Assembly (NCBI GenBank): GCA_902470345.1
Contig: CABRGB010000004.1
Location: 628 to 64,627, forward strand
Length of the DNA stretch: 64,000 bases
Reading direction: 5' to 3'
Source of the DNA: an uncultured Collinsella sp.
GTDB lineage: Bacteria; Actinomycetota; Coriobacteriia; Coriobacteriales; Coriobacteriaceae
The position numbers were made by a program, and so were the translations under genes. Below are positions 52,450 through 62,782 of this stretch, one piece after another. Within the stretch, counting starts at the first letter, position 1; each line of letters opens with the position of its first letter. The notes below the pieces were generated by a model. That model was not told the DNA's origin. It saw only the letters and a program-made list of their open reading frames with translations, and searched no databases.

Positions 52450-54749
52450 GTGCGACCGAGCGCGAGCATGTGATGCCACCGCGTCCATTGATGCCGTGGA
52501 CGATGGCCCTTTGTGCCGGCTTGTGTGCGAGCTGTGGCTTGGTACTTAGCGTGACAGCCGATGTGCTGCTGGGAGAGCGGGCGTCGCCCGTCGCATTGCT
52601 TATGACCATTTCCGTTGCGGCTGCGGCTTGCATCGTATTGGCACGGTCCTGTATGCGTCTTGTGCGGTGGAAGCGATGGCTGTATGCCGCTGCCCTCGGC
52701 CTCGTGGCGGGAGCGGTCGTGTCCGCGGCTTGGGCGATAGGGGCGCTGCGCGCATCGAGGGCACTGGATAATCGGGCTGCGAGCAGTCTCGAATTTTACG
52801 TACAGGGCGATCCGTCCATCAATGACGGTGTGTTCTCTTATACCTGCGATGCGTATGCGGGCGAAAAGCGTTTGGGTCAGGTACGGCTGTCGTGTGATCG
52901 TGAGCTCGGTGCGGGTTCGCATGTACGTGCTATCGGTCGAATTTCGCGGTTTGAGAATGATGCGTATGGGCGCTCACGCGTGCTTCGGGGCGAGCTTCGA
53001 AAGGTTAAAGTCGTCCGTTTGGTATCGGTTGACGAGGGCTCTCTGGGGCCGTTGACTTGGCTTCGGAACGAGCTCCTTGCCGTTATCGCGCCCGCGACCG
53101 ATTCGGCGCGCTCGCTCATTGCCGGCGTTGTCTGTGGACGCTCGTCCGAACTGCGCGCCCAGCCGGCGGGCGACTGGTTTTCGGTAACGGGCACCGCACA
53201 TCTCATCGCCGTTTCGGGCAGCCATCTTGCCATCGTCGGGTTTGTAATTGAGAGTGCCCTGCAAAAGACGCGCCTCTCTCGTGGGCTGCAGCGGGGGTTG
53301 CTGGTGCTGGCCCTTGCTGCCTATGCCGTCTTTACGGGCGCCTCGCCCTCGGCCGTGCGCGCGTGCTGCATGGTGGCGGCGTCGCTTATCGCCAACGGCG
53401 CCGGTCGTCGTCGTCATGGCCTCTCGGCTCTGTTTGTCACCATGGCAATCTTTGTGTTGCTGCGTCCGACGGTATTGTTCGAAATGGGTTTTCAGCTTTC
53501 GTGCGCCAGTGTTTTTGCCATCCTTTGCTTTTGCCCCTACGCCACCTACGCCTTGGGCGAGCTGGGCATGCCATCGGGTGTCGCCAGCGTTTTGTCTGTC
53601 ACGTTGTGCTCACAACTCGCGACACTTCCCGTAACCATTCCCGCATTTGGGACGTTTTCGCTCATTGCCCCGCTTGCAAATGCCGTGATCGGTCCGGTGA
53701 TAAGCGTGCTGCTCGCATCGTCGGTTGTGCTGGCACCCTGCTCGCTTGTTCCGCTTTTGCGTCAGGGGGCGCTCGTGGTGCCCATGATTGTCGCTCGCTG
53801 CGCCCTGTTCTTTGAGCAGCTCTTTGCTGCCGTTCCGGGTGCATCCGTAAGCGTGCCGCCCGATACGCCCTTGGTATACGTGGTGCCGTTTGTGCTGGCG
53901 GTCCTCTTGGTCTGGTGGCCACGCCCCCGCGCGCGGCCCATGGCAGTGGGGCTGCTGTGTTTGATGCTTGCAGCGGGTGTTCCGTATGTCTATTGGGATC
54001 GATGCGCGCCGCCTTCGGTAACGGTCCTCGATGTTGGCCAGGCCGATGCGATTCTGGTTCGTCAGGGTGGCGCCGTGGCACTCGTCGACTGTGGGCTCGA
54101 TGACCGCGTGGTGTCGGCGTTGGTTCGCAATAACGTCCACCATATCGACGCCGTCTTCGTGACGCATTGGGACGAAGACCATTGGGGCGGTCTTCCCGAC
54201 GTACTCGATCAGTTTTCGGTTGGAACCATTGCGGTCGCTGCCGATGCGCTGGAAGGTGCGCCTGCTGAGGTCCTGAATCGCCCCGGCGTAACGTATCGGC
54301 AAGTGGCCCGCGGAGACATAGTCGATATCGGCGCATTTCGGGCTCGTGTGATGTGGCCGTTTGACACGGTGGATGGCGAGGGCAATGAGGACTCGCTTGT
54401 CTTGCTGCTCTCCTATGCCCAAGGAGGCCAGAGTCTCCGCTTGCTGCTCACCGGTGATGCCGAGCTCGATCAGGAACGCGAGTTTGTACAGGAGGTGGGG
54501 GATATCGACGTGCTCAAGTTGGGACATCACGGCTCAAAGGTTTCTGTCGACTTAGACCTGCTGGGCACGCTTAAGCCCGAGCTCTCTATCGCGAGTGCGG
54601 GCGAGGGTAACCGCTACGGTCATCCATCCGATGCCTGCACCGATGCCGTTCGCGATGCGGGCGGCGCGTTCGCATGCACCATCGAACAGGGAGACATCAC
54701 TGTCTCGCCGACTGCAACCGGTTTTGCCATACGATGTCAGCGACCGTGA
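52446..54749 (+). CDS. comEC: DNA uptake channel ComEC/Rec2 (competence plus metallo-beta-lactamase domains)
   Basis: GTAHLIAVSGSH, SPSAVRA, GFQLS, LDVGQADA, THWDEDHWGG, LTGDAE, HHGS, NRYGHP. Confidence 0.93.
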   Translation: MSATEREHVMPPRPLMPWTMALCAGLCASCGLVLSVTADVLLGERASPVALLMTISVAAAACIVLARSCMRLVRWKRWLYAAALGLVAGAVVSAAWAIGALRASRALDNRAASSLEFYVQGDPSINDGVFSYTCDAYAGEKRLGQVRLSCDRELGAGSHVRAIGRISRFENDAYGRSRVLRGELRKVKVVRLVSVDEGSLGPLTWLRNELLAVIAPATDSARSLIAGVVCGRSSELRAQPAGDWFSVTGTAHLIAVSGSHLAIVGFVIESALQKTRLSRGLQRGLLVLALAAYAVFTGASPSAVRACCMVAASLIANGAGRRRHGLSALFVTMAIFVLLRPTVLFEMGFQLSCASVFAILCFCPYATYALGELGMPSGVASVLSVTLCSQLATLPVTIPAFGTFSLIAPLANAVIGPVISVLLASSVVLAPCSLVPLLRQGALVVPMIVARCALFFEQLFAAVPGASVSVPPDTPLVYVVPFVLAVLLVWWPRPRARPMAVGLLCLMLAAGVPYVYWDRCAPPSVTVLDVGQADAILVRQGGAVALVDCGLDDRVVSALVRNNVHHIDAVFVTHWDEDHWGGLPDVLDQFSVGTIAVAADALEGAPAEVLNRPGVTYRQVARGDIVDIGAFRARVMWPFDTVDGEGNEDSLVLLLSYAQGGQSLRLLLTGDAELDQEREFVQEVGDIDVLKLGHHGSKVSVDLDLLGTLKPELSIASAGEGNRYGHPSDACTDAVRDAGGAFACTIEQGDITVSPTATGFAIRCQRP

Positions 54750-54827
54750 TGCTGCCGTTGGCGCGGGATCAACCCGTGGGCTAGAATGGCACGGTACGAA
54801 CACGAGAGCCCGCGGGAGGGGAGCGCG

Positions 54828-55790
54828 ATGTCCGAAACCGGTCTGTTGCCGGCATATCTGATCGTCGGTACCGACGGAGTCAAACGCGACCACGCTGTCT
54901 CGCGTATGAAGGCGCGTCTGGAAAAGACGGGCATGGTCGAGTTCAACCTCGACGAGCGCGATATGACCAAGGACCCTGATATCGAGTCGATTATCGGATC
55001 GCTCAACACTTTTCCTATGGGCAGTGAGTTTCGCCTGGTAATCCTTGACGGCTGCTCAAAACTCGCCAAAGCGATCTCCGAGCCGCTTGTTGAGTATCTG
55101 GCGAGTCCCAGTCCCACGACGGTCTGTCTCGTCATAGCCGATTCACTCGCCAAGAACACACGCCTGTACAAGGCGATCGCCAAGATTGACAAGAAGGCCG
55201 TGATCGACTGTTCGGGCACCAAGCGCTGGGAGCTCCCACGCCGCGTGCAGCAGATGGCGACGCAGCACGGAAAGTCCATTTCGACGGCGGCCGCCGAGGA
55301 GCTCGTTTCGCGCTCGGGCGAGAACACCCGCATGCTCGATAACGACTTGGCCAAGCTTGCCCAGATGGTCGAGGCGCCGCAAATTGAGCTTGCCGATGTG
55401 GAGCGCTGGATCGTGCGCACGGCCGAAGTTCAGCCTTGGGACTTTCTCAATGCGGTCTCAGCCCGTGACATGCGCCGCTCGCTTGAGCTTTTCAATCTAC
55501 TGCCCGCCAAGAGCTATGTGTGGACCTACACGCTGCTGTGCGGACGCATCCGCGAACTTATTGTCGCCAAGGCGCTCGACTCTCGTGGACAGGGTCGCGA
55601 GCTCGCCGCGACGCTCAAGCTTCAGGCCTGGCAGGTTAAGAATCACCTGACCTGGGCGCGGCGTTTTTCTATGGCGGAGCTTGTCGGTGCGCTCGAGGGC
55701 GCGGTCGATGTGGAGCTTGCGCTCAAGGGTTCGGCTGATTCCCAGACCGCGCTTTTGCTCTGGATTACGAACATCTTGAGAAAATCGTGA
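54828..55790 (+). CDS. holA: DNA polymerase III delta subunit
   Basis: PAYLIVG, PMGSEFRLV, comEC-holA-rpsT order. Confidence 0.85.
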   Translation: MSETGLLPAYLIVGTDGVKRDHAVSRMKARLEKTGMVEFNLDERDMTKDPDIESIIGSLNTFPMGSEFRLVILDGCSKLAKAISEPLVEYLASPSPTTVCLVIADSLAKNTRLYKAIAKIDKKAVIDCSGTKRWELPRRVQQMATQHGKSISTAAAEELVSRSGENTRMLDNDLAKLAQMVEAPQIELADVERWIVRTAEVQPWDFLNAVSARDMRRSLELFNLLPAKSYVWTYTLLCGRIRELIVAKALDSRGQGRELAATLKLQAWQVKNHLTWARRFSMAELVGALEGAVDVELALKGSADSQTALLLWITNILRKS

Positions 55791-55923
55791 TGATACCTGC
55801 CTATTTGACAAATTCGTTCTATCCCTTTGAGGGGGAGCGTGCTATAGTAGGCGCTTGCATGACCTCACCGTGTCTCAGAGGTGTCATACATTTTTTGCAA
55901 GGAACTCGAAAGGAACTCCAGAA

Positions 55924-56190
55924 GTGGCAAACATCAAGTCTCAGAAGAAGCGTATCCGCACCAATGAGGCAGCTCGCATGCGTAACAAGGCTGTCAAGTC
56001 CGAGCTCAAGACGCTGACCAAGCACGTCCAGTCCGCCGTCGCCGAGGGCGACGCCGAGAAGGCCCAGGCTGCCCTCAAGACCGTCACCAAGCGTCTCGAC
56101 ATGGCTGCCGCTAAGCATGTCATCCACAAGAACCAGGCTTCCAACCGCAAGTCCGGTCTTGCCAAGCTCGTGAACAGCATCAACGCTTAA
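55924..56190 (+). CDS. rpsT: 30S ribosomal protein bS20
   Basis: GTG start; ANIKSQKKR...[17 protein letters not shown]. Confidence 0.97.
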   Translation: MANIKSQKKRIRTNEAARMRNKAVKSELKTLTKHVQSAVAEGDAEKAQAALKTVTKRLDMAAAKHVIHKNQASNRKSGLAKLVNSINA

Positions 56191-56224
56191 GTTGTAAATT
56201 TCACACCACACAGATTACGCGCAT

Positions 56225-56261
56225 AAATGGAGCCTGTTTTATGGAACAGGCTCCATTTTTT
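56225..56261 (+). terminator. Intrinsic terminator after rpsT
   Basis: AAATGGAGCCTGTT...AACAGGCTCCATTT then TTT. Confidence 0.8.
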
Positions 56262-56286
56262 GTACCGCTCGGGTAAGATAGTCCGC

Positions 56287-58098
56287 ATGAATACTTCAAT
56301 TGACATTTCCCACATCCGTAACTTCTCGATCGTTGCGCATATCGACCATGGCAAGTCCACGATCAGTGACCGCATCCTCGAGCTCACCCATACCGTCGAT
56401 GAGCGCGACATGGAGTCGCAGCTGCTTGACACGATGGACATCGAGCGCGAGCGCGGCATCACGATCAAGTCCAATGCCGTCCGCGTGTCCTATGACGCCG
56501 ACGACGGCGAGACGTATCAGTTCAACCTGATCGATACGCCGGGCCACGTGGACTTTACCTATGAGGTCTCGCGTTCGCTTGCCGCTTGCGAGGGTGCGGT
56601 GCTCGTCGTGGACGCCACTCAGGGTGTCGAGGCGCAGACCGTTTCCAACGCGACGCTCGCCATGAACGCCAACTTGGACATTGTTCCGGCCATCAACAAA
56701 ATCGACCTTCCTTCGGCTCACCCCGACGAGGTCAAGACCGAGATCGAAGACGATCTGGCCATTCCCGCTGACGATGCCGTGTGCGTGTCGGGCAAGACTG
56801 GCGAGGGCATCCACGATTTGCTGGAGTCCATCGTCTTTTTGATCTCGCCTCCCAAAGGCGATGCAAATGGCCCTCTCAAGGCACTTATTCTGGATTCGTA
56901 CTTCGATGAGTACCGCGGCGTCGTCGCCACGGTGCGCGTCTTTGACGGTTCCATCAAAAAGGGCGATACCCTGCGCATGATGCAGGCCAAGGGCGACTTC
57001 TTGGTCGACGGCGTGGGCGTCAAGCGCCCTGCCGAGACGCCGGTCGATGCTCTGACCGTCGGCGAGGTTGGCTATGTGGTCACGGGTCTGAAGGACCCCG
57101 AGGCTGTGCGCGTGGGCGATACCCTTACGTGGGCTTCGAACCCCTGCCCCGAGCCGCTGCCGGGCTACCGCGAGGCCAAACCCATGGTCTACACGGGCCT
57201 GTTCCCCATCGACAACAAGGACTATGAGAACCTGCGCGACGCGCTCGATAAGCTGCACGTCAACGATCCGTCGTTGGTGTGGGAGCCTGAGACGTCGGTG
57301 GCGCTGGGCTTTGGCTTCCGCGTGGGCTTCCTGGGCCTGCTTCACATGGAGGTCGTCAAAGAGCGCCTGGAGCGCGAGTTCAATCTGGACCTGATCGCCA
57401 CGAGCCCCTCGGTCGACTACCACGTGTACAAGACTGACGGCGAGATGGTCGATGTCCGCAGCCCGCAGGATCTGCCCGAGGCCACGCGCATCGAGCGTAT
57501 CGAAGAGCCTTACCTCAAGGCAAAGATCATCTGCCCGCCCGAGTATACGGGTGCCGTCATGCAGCTCGCTATCGAGCACCGTGGCGTCACGACCGATATG
57601 ATCCACCTGACGAGCAAATCGGTCGAGATGCGCTTTGATATGCCGCTCGCCGAGCTCATCTTGGACTTTTTCGATCAGCTCAAGAGCCGCACCAAGGGTT
57701 ACGCCTCGCTCGACTACGAGTTCAACGAATATCGCCCCTCCGAGCTCGTCAAGCTCGACATCCTGCTTTCGGGCGACGAGGTGGACGCGCTGTCGTTTAT
57801 CGTGCACAAGGATAAGGCCTACGGTCTTGCCCGCGGCCTGTGCGACAAGCTCAAGGAGATCATCCCACGACAGCTGTTCGAGGTGCCTATCCAGGGCGCC
57901 ATCGGCAACAAGATCATCGCCCGCTCCACCGTTAAGGCACGCCGCAAGGACGTGCTGGCCAAGTGCTACGGCGGTGATATCTCGCGAAAGCGCAAGCTGC
58001 TCGAGAAGCAGAAAGAGGGCAAGAAGCGCATGAAGGCCATCGGCTCGGTCGAGGTTCCGCAGGAGGCTTTTATGGCGATTCTTAAGGTGGACGAGTAG
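56287..58098 (+). CDS. lepA: Elongation factor 4
   Basis: [57 protein letters not shown]. Confidence 0.98.
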   Translation: MNTSIDISHIRNFSIVAHIDHGKSTISDRILELTHTVDERDMESQLLDTMDIERERGITIKSNAVRVSYDADDGETYQFNLIDTPGHVDFTYEVSRSLAACEGAVLVVDATQGVEAQTVSNATLAMNANLDIVPAINKIDLPSAHPDEVKTEIEDDLAIPADDAVCVSGKTGEGIHDLLESIVFLISPPKGDANGPLKALILDSYFDEYRGVVATVRVFDGSIKKGDTLRMMQAKGDFLVDGVGVKRPAETPVDALTVGEVGYVVTGLKDPEAVRVGDTLTWASNPCPEPLPGYREAKPMVYTGLFPIDNKDYENLRDALDKLHVNDPSLVWEPETSVALGFGFRVGFLGLLHMEVVKERLEREFNLDLIATSPSVDYHVYKTDGEMVDVRSPQDLPEATRIERIEEPYLKAKIICPPEYTGAVMQLAIEHRGVTTDMIHLTSKSVEMRFDMPLAELILDFFDQLKSRTKGYASLDYEFNEYRPSELVKLDILLSGDEVDALSFIVHKDKAYGLARGLCDKLKEIIPRQLFEVPIQGAIGNKIIARSTVKARRKDVLAKCYGGDISRKRKLLEKQKEGKKRMKAIGSVEVPQEAFMAILKVDE

Positions 58099-58102
58099 GT
58101 CC

Positions 58103-59146
58103 ATGGCGCTTTCTGAATACAGCAAGCGGCTGCTAGGTGCCTATGCCGAGCAGCCGTTCCTTATGGCTCCCATGGCGGGCGTAACCGACCCCGCCTATCG
58201 CATCATGTGTCGCCGCCGCGGCGCCAACCTTGCCTACAGCGAGATGGTGAGCGTTGCGGGCCTTGCCTATGCCAGCAACAAGACGTGGCGCCTGGTGTTG
58301 CCGGCCGACGAGGAGCAGCAGATTTGTGTGCAGCTCTTTGGTTCCAAGCCCGATCAGTTTGCGAGTGCCGTCGCTGCCGTCGAGGAGCGCGTGGGCGATC
58401 GCCTGTCATTGATTGATATCAACATGGCCTGTCCGGCTCGCAAGGTCGTTACCAAGGGCGAGGGCTCGGCGCTTATGCGCACGCCCGACCTGGCCGAGAA
58501 GATTGTCGAGGCAGCGGTGGGCGCGGCGCATGTTCCCGTGACTGTGAAGATCCGCAAGGGTTTTTATGCCGAGGATCGCAACGCCGCAACGTTTGCCCAG
58601 ATGCTCGAAGGGGCGGGCGCCTCTGCAGTTGCCGTGCACGGTCGTTGTGCCACGCAGCTCTATACGGGCCAGGCCGATTGGTCTGTCGTCGATGAGGTTG
58701 CCGACGCTGTCGAGATTCCCGTGATTGGTTCGGGCGATGTGTTCTCGGCCGAGGACGCTGCTGAGCATCTGCGAGGCTCGGGTGCCAGCGCAGTGTTTAT
58801 CGCGCGCGGCATCTACGGCAATCCGTGGGTGTTCGGCGATGCCCGAGCCCTTGCATTCGATGGCACGCCGGTTCCTTCTCGCTCCTCGGTTGAGCGCCTG
58901 GAGGCTCTGCGTGAGCACCTGACGTTGACGCACGAGCTTCTGCCGCTTATGTCGCGCGCCCGTACGTATGCAAGCTGGTACTTAAAGGGTATGCCCCATG
59001 CCGCCGCCTGGCGCGCTCGGGTGGTGCGTTGCTCCACGTACGAGGAGTTTATGGCGCTGGTCGATGATATCGAGCGCGACGTGGTGGCCTGCGAGGCCGC
59101 CCTTGCCGCCGGCGAATCGGTGCCCGCTCATCCGCTGGAGGCCTAA
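58103..59146 (+). CDS. dusB: tRNA-dihydrouridine synthase (DusB-like)
   Basis: APMAGVTD, SEMV, QLFG, DINMACP, VTVKIR, VHGR, GDV. Confidence 0.9.
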   Translation: MALSEYSKRLLGAYAEQPFLMAPMAGVTDPAYRIMCRRRGANLAYSEMVSVAGLAYASNKTWRLVLPADEEQQICVQLFGSKPDQFASAVAAVEERVGDRLSLIDINMACPARKVVTKGEGSALMRTPDLAEKIVEAAVGAAHVPVTVKIRKGFYAEDRNAATFAQMLEGAGASAVAVHGRCATQLYTGQADWSVVDEVADAVEIPVIGSGDVFSAEDAAEHLRGSGASAVFIARGIYGNPWVFGDARALAFDGTPVPSRSSVERLEALREHLTLTHELLPLMSRARTYASWYLKGMPHAAAWRARVVRCSTYEEFMALVDDIERDVVACEAALAAGESVPAHPLEA

Positions 59147-59148
59147 CG

Positions 59149-60381
59149 GTGGCCGTTACCGCGCTGTATGTGCACGTGCCGTTTTGCGCTCAAAAATGCC
59201 GCTATTGCGACTTTGACTCGCAAAGCGTGGCCCCGTGCGACCTGGATGCTGCGCTCGATGCCTATTTTGAGCACCTGTATACGCGGCTCGATGCCTTTGG
59301 CAACGCTGGGGCACTCAGGCAGATCCGCACTGTCTACGTAGGCGGCGGCACGCCGTCGCTGGCAGGGGAGCGCCTCGTGAAACTTGCCCGTCGTATCTCC
59401 ATGTGGTGCAAGCCCGTTGAGTTTACTTGTGAAGCCAATCCAGAATCGCTGACGGCTGGGCTCGCCACCGCGCTTGACGAGGCAGGTGTCACGCGCATCT
59501 CTCTGGGCGTGCAGACGCTGGACAATACCGAGTTGGCTGTCATTGGCCGTATCCATGATGCCGAACGGGCGCTTGAGGCTATCGCGACGGTGAAGGATGT
59601 TGGGCTCGATGTTTCGTGCGACCTTATGTGTGGGCTTCCCGGACAGACTATGGCGAGCTGGCAGTACACGCTCGATGGCGCGCTTGCGGCGGCCCCGCAC
59701 CATGTGTCGGTCTATCCACTCACGCTCGAGGAGGGCACGCCGCTTTACCGCATGGCGTGCCGTGATGAGTCGCTTGAGCCCGATGAGGATTTCCAAGCCG
59801 CATGCATGGACGTTGCGCGCGAGCGGCTGAGTTCGGCGGGCTACCATCCGTATGAGGTGGCGAGCTACGCGCTCGATGGGCATGAATGCGCCCACAACAT
59901 TGCCTATTGGACCGGACAGGGCTATTTGGGTTTGGGTCGTTCTGCCGCGGGTATGCTCGATGCCGAGGATTTCGATCGCTTGGCCGGGCTGTATCCCGAC
60001 GTGGCCCCCCGTGGTGACTTTCATCGCGTGCGTCTGGTCCAGCGCAACGATGACGCGACGGCGTTTGAGGCCGAGTACCTTACGCATCGCGAGGCGGCAG
60101 CAGAGGACCTGATGCTCGCTTGTCGCATGACGCGCGGTGTCGCGTCCGATCTGTTGGTTCGCGCGGCTCGTGTCATCCCTGCTGAGGAGCTGACAGCGGT
60201 TTGTGACCGCGCTCTTGAGCTTGGGCTTGCCGCTTGGGTGCCCGCGCACGGTGATACTCATGCGGAGCCTATCTCCTCTGCCGATGTCATCGCTGGCCGC
60301 TCCTGTGCCCGCCTGGCGCCGACCCACCTGGGCTGGCTCGATGGAAATGTTCTGTTCGAGCTGTTTTGGGGTCTAGCCTAG
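59149..60381 (+). CDS. hemW: Radical SAM heme chaperone HemW (HemN-like)
   Basis: LYVHVPFCAQKCRYCDF, GGGTPS, EANP, SLGVQ, HNIAYW; lepA-dnaJ neighbourhood. Confidence 0.88.
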   Translation: MAVTALYVHVPFCAQKCRYCDFDSQSVAPCDLDAALDAYFEHLYTRLDAFGNAGALRQIRTVYVGGGTPSLAGERLVKLARRISMWCKPVEFTCEANPESLTAGLATALDEAGVTRISLGVQTLDNTELAVIGRIHDAERALEAIATVKDVGLDVSCDLMCGLPGQTMASWQYTLDGALAAAPHHVSVYPLTLEEGTPLYRMACRDESLEPDEDFQAACMDVARERLSSAGYHPYEVASYALDGHECAHNIAYWTGQGYLGLGRSAAGMLDAEDFDRLAGLYPDVAPRGDFHRVRLVQRNDDATAFEAEYLTHREAAAEDLMLACRMTRGVASDLLVRAARVIPAEELTAVCDRALELGLAAWVPAHGDTHAEPISSADVIAGRSCARLAPTHLGWLDGNVLFELFWGLA

Positions 60382-60439
60382 GCCGCTCGGGTAGAATTAC
60401 CGCAATATATACGCTGCTGTGAGCAGGAGGTTGCCGCGC

Positions 60440-61540
60440 ATGGCGACGATGAACGAAAAAGATTACTACGAGATTTTGGGCGTCTCCAAGGACGCCACCT
60501 CGCGTGATATTCAAAAGGCTTTCCAGCAAAAGGCCCGCAAGCTCCATCCGGACGTCAATAAAGAGCCGGATGCCGAGGAAAAGTTTAAAGAGGTTTCCGA
60601 GGCCTACGCCGTGCTCTCGGACGAGCAGAAGCGTGCGCGTTACGACGCCATGCGGTCGGGTAATCCCTTTGCCGGTGCACCGACGGCTTCGCCCTATGGC
60701 GGTGGCTATGCCGGCAGCGCCGGTTACGGCAATCCCTTTGACGGCGGTTTCCCCTTCGGGGGCGCCTGGGGCCAGCCCCGTCGCGGCCAGGCGGCCTACA
60801 ACCCCGAGAGTGGCGCCAACGTGGTCGTCGATATCAAGCTCGACGCCAAGGAGGCTAAGGGCGGTGCCCACAAGACCGTTCGCTACACCCGCTTTGACAC
60901 CTGCGGACATTGTGGCGGATCGGGCTCCGTTTCGTCAGAGCATGCCCACACCTGTCCGAGCTGCGGTGGTCGCGGCCATATCGATGTCGACCTGTCTTTC
61001 CTGTTTGGTGCGGGCACGTTCCAGACGGTTTGTCCTGAGTGCGGCGGTTCCGGCAAGGTCGTTGCCGACCCGTGCCCCGATTGCGGTGGCAGCGGCCGTG
61101 TCCGTGTGACCTCCGAGCAGACGATTGAGTTTCCCGCCGGCACGCATGATGGCGACGAGGTGCGCGTCCCCAACATGGGTCACGCCGGCACGAACGGCGC
61201 TTCGGGCGGCGATCTGGTCGGTCGTGCGCACGTTGAGGCCGAGCGCCTGGAGGGTAAGGCTCGCACCGGCTTCTACCTCATGGGCATCATCGCTCCGTTT
61301 TTGGTGCTGTCGGCCATCTCGGGCGTGTTCTCCGCCTTCGCCATGATGTGCTTCATTCCGTTTGCCATGGGCTTGTTCATGGTGCTGTCGGACGGCGTGC
61401 TTCATCGCAGCCTGCTGTGGTGGAAGCGCGGCGCGATGCAGTTTGCCAATGGTTTTGCCAACGGCTTTATGTTTGCGCTCGTGTCGGTCTGGTTTGCGAG
61501 CTGCTCGCAGCAGGCCATGCTTTCGCCCTACGGGATGTAA
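60440..61540 (+). CDS. DnaJ-like protein (J domain, G/F region, zinc finger) with C-terminal transmembrane helices
   Basis: [11 protein letters not shown], four CxxCxGxG repeats, then a hydrophobic C-terminal tail. Confidence 0.85.
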   Translation: MATMNEKDYYEILGVSKDATSRDIQKAFQQKARKLHPDVNKEPDAEEKFKEVSEAYAVLSDEQKRARYDAMRSGNPFAGAPTASPYGGGYAGSAGYGNPFDGGFPFGGAWGQPRRGQAAYNPESGANVVVDIKLDAKEAKGGAHKTVRYTRFDTCGHCGGSGSVSSEHAHTCPSCGGRGHIDVDLSFLFGAGTFQTVCPECGGSGKVVADPCPDCGGSGRVRVTSEQTIEFPAGTHDGDEVRVPNMGHAGTNGASGGDLVGRAHVEAERLEGKARTGFYLMGIIAPFLVLSAISGVFSAFAMMCFIPFAMGLFMVLSDGVLHRSLLWWKRGAMQFANGFANGFMFALVSVWFASCSQQAMLSPYGM

Positions 61541-61624
61541 TAACATCAAACCCTCTGTTTGCGCCCGGCCCAGCTTGGGTATAGGACGCACTGTGACAAT
61601 AATGAAAGTTGGAAGGATTCGGTC

Positions 61625-62773
61625 GTGTCGGAAAATAGGGATTACTACGAGGTACTTGGCGTTGACAAGGATGCCGACGCGCGGACGATTAAGCGCGCGT
61701 TTCTAAAGAAAGCCCGTACGGTACACCCGGATGTTTCGGACGACCCCGAGGCCGAGGCCAAGTTCAAAGAGCTCAACGAGGCCTATTCCGTTCTTTCCGA
61801 CGAGCAGAAGCGTGCTAACTACGACCGTTACGGCACCGCGGACGGCCCCGGTGGCTCTGGTTATGTCGACATCAACGATATCTTTGGTGGCATGGGCATG
61901 GACGACCTGTTCTCGTCGTTCTTTGGCGGTGGCGCCGGTGGTGGCGCTCGCAGCCGTCGCGAGCGTCGTCGCGGTCGCGATATGGCCATCTCCCTTTCGG
62001 TGACGCTCGAGGAGGCGGCGCTCGGCTGCAAAAAGACGATCAGCTACGACCGTCTTGCCCCTTGCGAGGACTGCAATGGTACCGGTAAGGCCGAGGGCGC
62101 GACCGAAAAGCAGTGCAGCCGCTGTCACGGCACAGGCTATGTGACGACGGTCCAGCGTTCTTTCCTGGGCCAGGTTCAGTCCTCTTCGCCCTGTCCCGAC
62201 TGCCACGGCGAAGGCACGGTCATCGATCATCCCTGCGAGACCTGTGATGGCCAGGGCCGCACGCCTTCTCACGAAAAGATTGACATCGATATTCCCGCCG
62301 GTGTTTCGACCGGTCGCCAGCTGCGCGTGAGCGGTTTTGGCGAGGCCGGCCTTCGTGGCGAGCCGTCGGGCGACCTGATCGTCAACGTGCGTGTCGCCGA
62401 CCACGAGCGTTTTAAGCGTAATGGGGATGACCTGTATCTGGTGAGTGATATCTCGATTGCACAGGCCACGCTCGGTTGCGAGATTGAGGTCGAGGGCATT
62501 ATGCCTGACGAGGTCGTCAAGGTTACGGTTCCCGCCGGCACACAGTACGGTGACACCGTGAGCGTCAACAATTACGGCATGCCGCGTATCGGCGGTGGCG
62601 GTTCGCGCGGTCGTCTGATCGTGCAGCTGCGCGTGGTCGTCCCCACCAATCTCTCCAATAAGCAGCGCGAACTGCTTCGCGCCTTTGCCGACGAGATGGG
62701 CGATGACGTCACCTCCGGTAAGAAGTCGGTGACCGACCGTATCAAGAGTGCCCTCGACGACATCCTCGATTAA
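61625..62773 (+). CDS. dnaJ: Chaperone DnaJ (class A)
   Basis: DYYEVLGV, HPD, four CxxCxGxG, IPAGV, GDL, F.RNGDDL, PAGTQ, GMP; GTG start. Confidence 0.95.
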   Translation: MSENRDYYEVLGVDKDADARTIKRAFLKKARTVHPDVSDDPEAEAKFKELNEAYSVLSDEQKRANYDRYGTADGPGGSGYVDINDIFGGMGMDDLFSSFFGGGAGGGARSRRERRRGRDMAISLSVTLEEAALGCKKTISYDRLAPCEDCNGTGKAEGATEKQCSRCHGTGYVTTVQRSFLGQVQSSSPCPDCHGEGTVIDHPCETCDGQGRTPSHEKIDIDIPAGVSTGRQLRVSGFGEAGLRGEPSGDLIVNVRVADHERFKRNGDDLYLVSDISIAQATLGCEIEVEGIMPDEVVKVTVPAGTQYGDTVSVNNYGMPRIGGGGSRGRLIVQLRVVVPTNLSNKQRELLRAFADEMGDDVTSGKKSVTDRIKSALDDILD

Positions 62774-62782
62774 GGAGCCCGT

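Noticed and set aside
54160..54190. ComEC THWDEDH motif as an inactivated nuclease site
   Set aside because: HxDxDH variants are normal for ComEC beta-lactamase-like domains.
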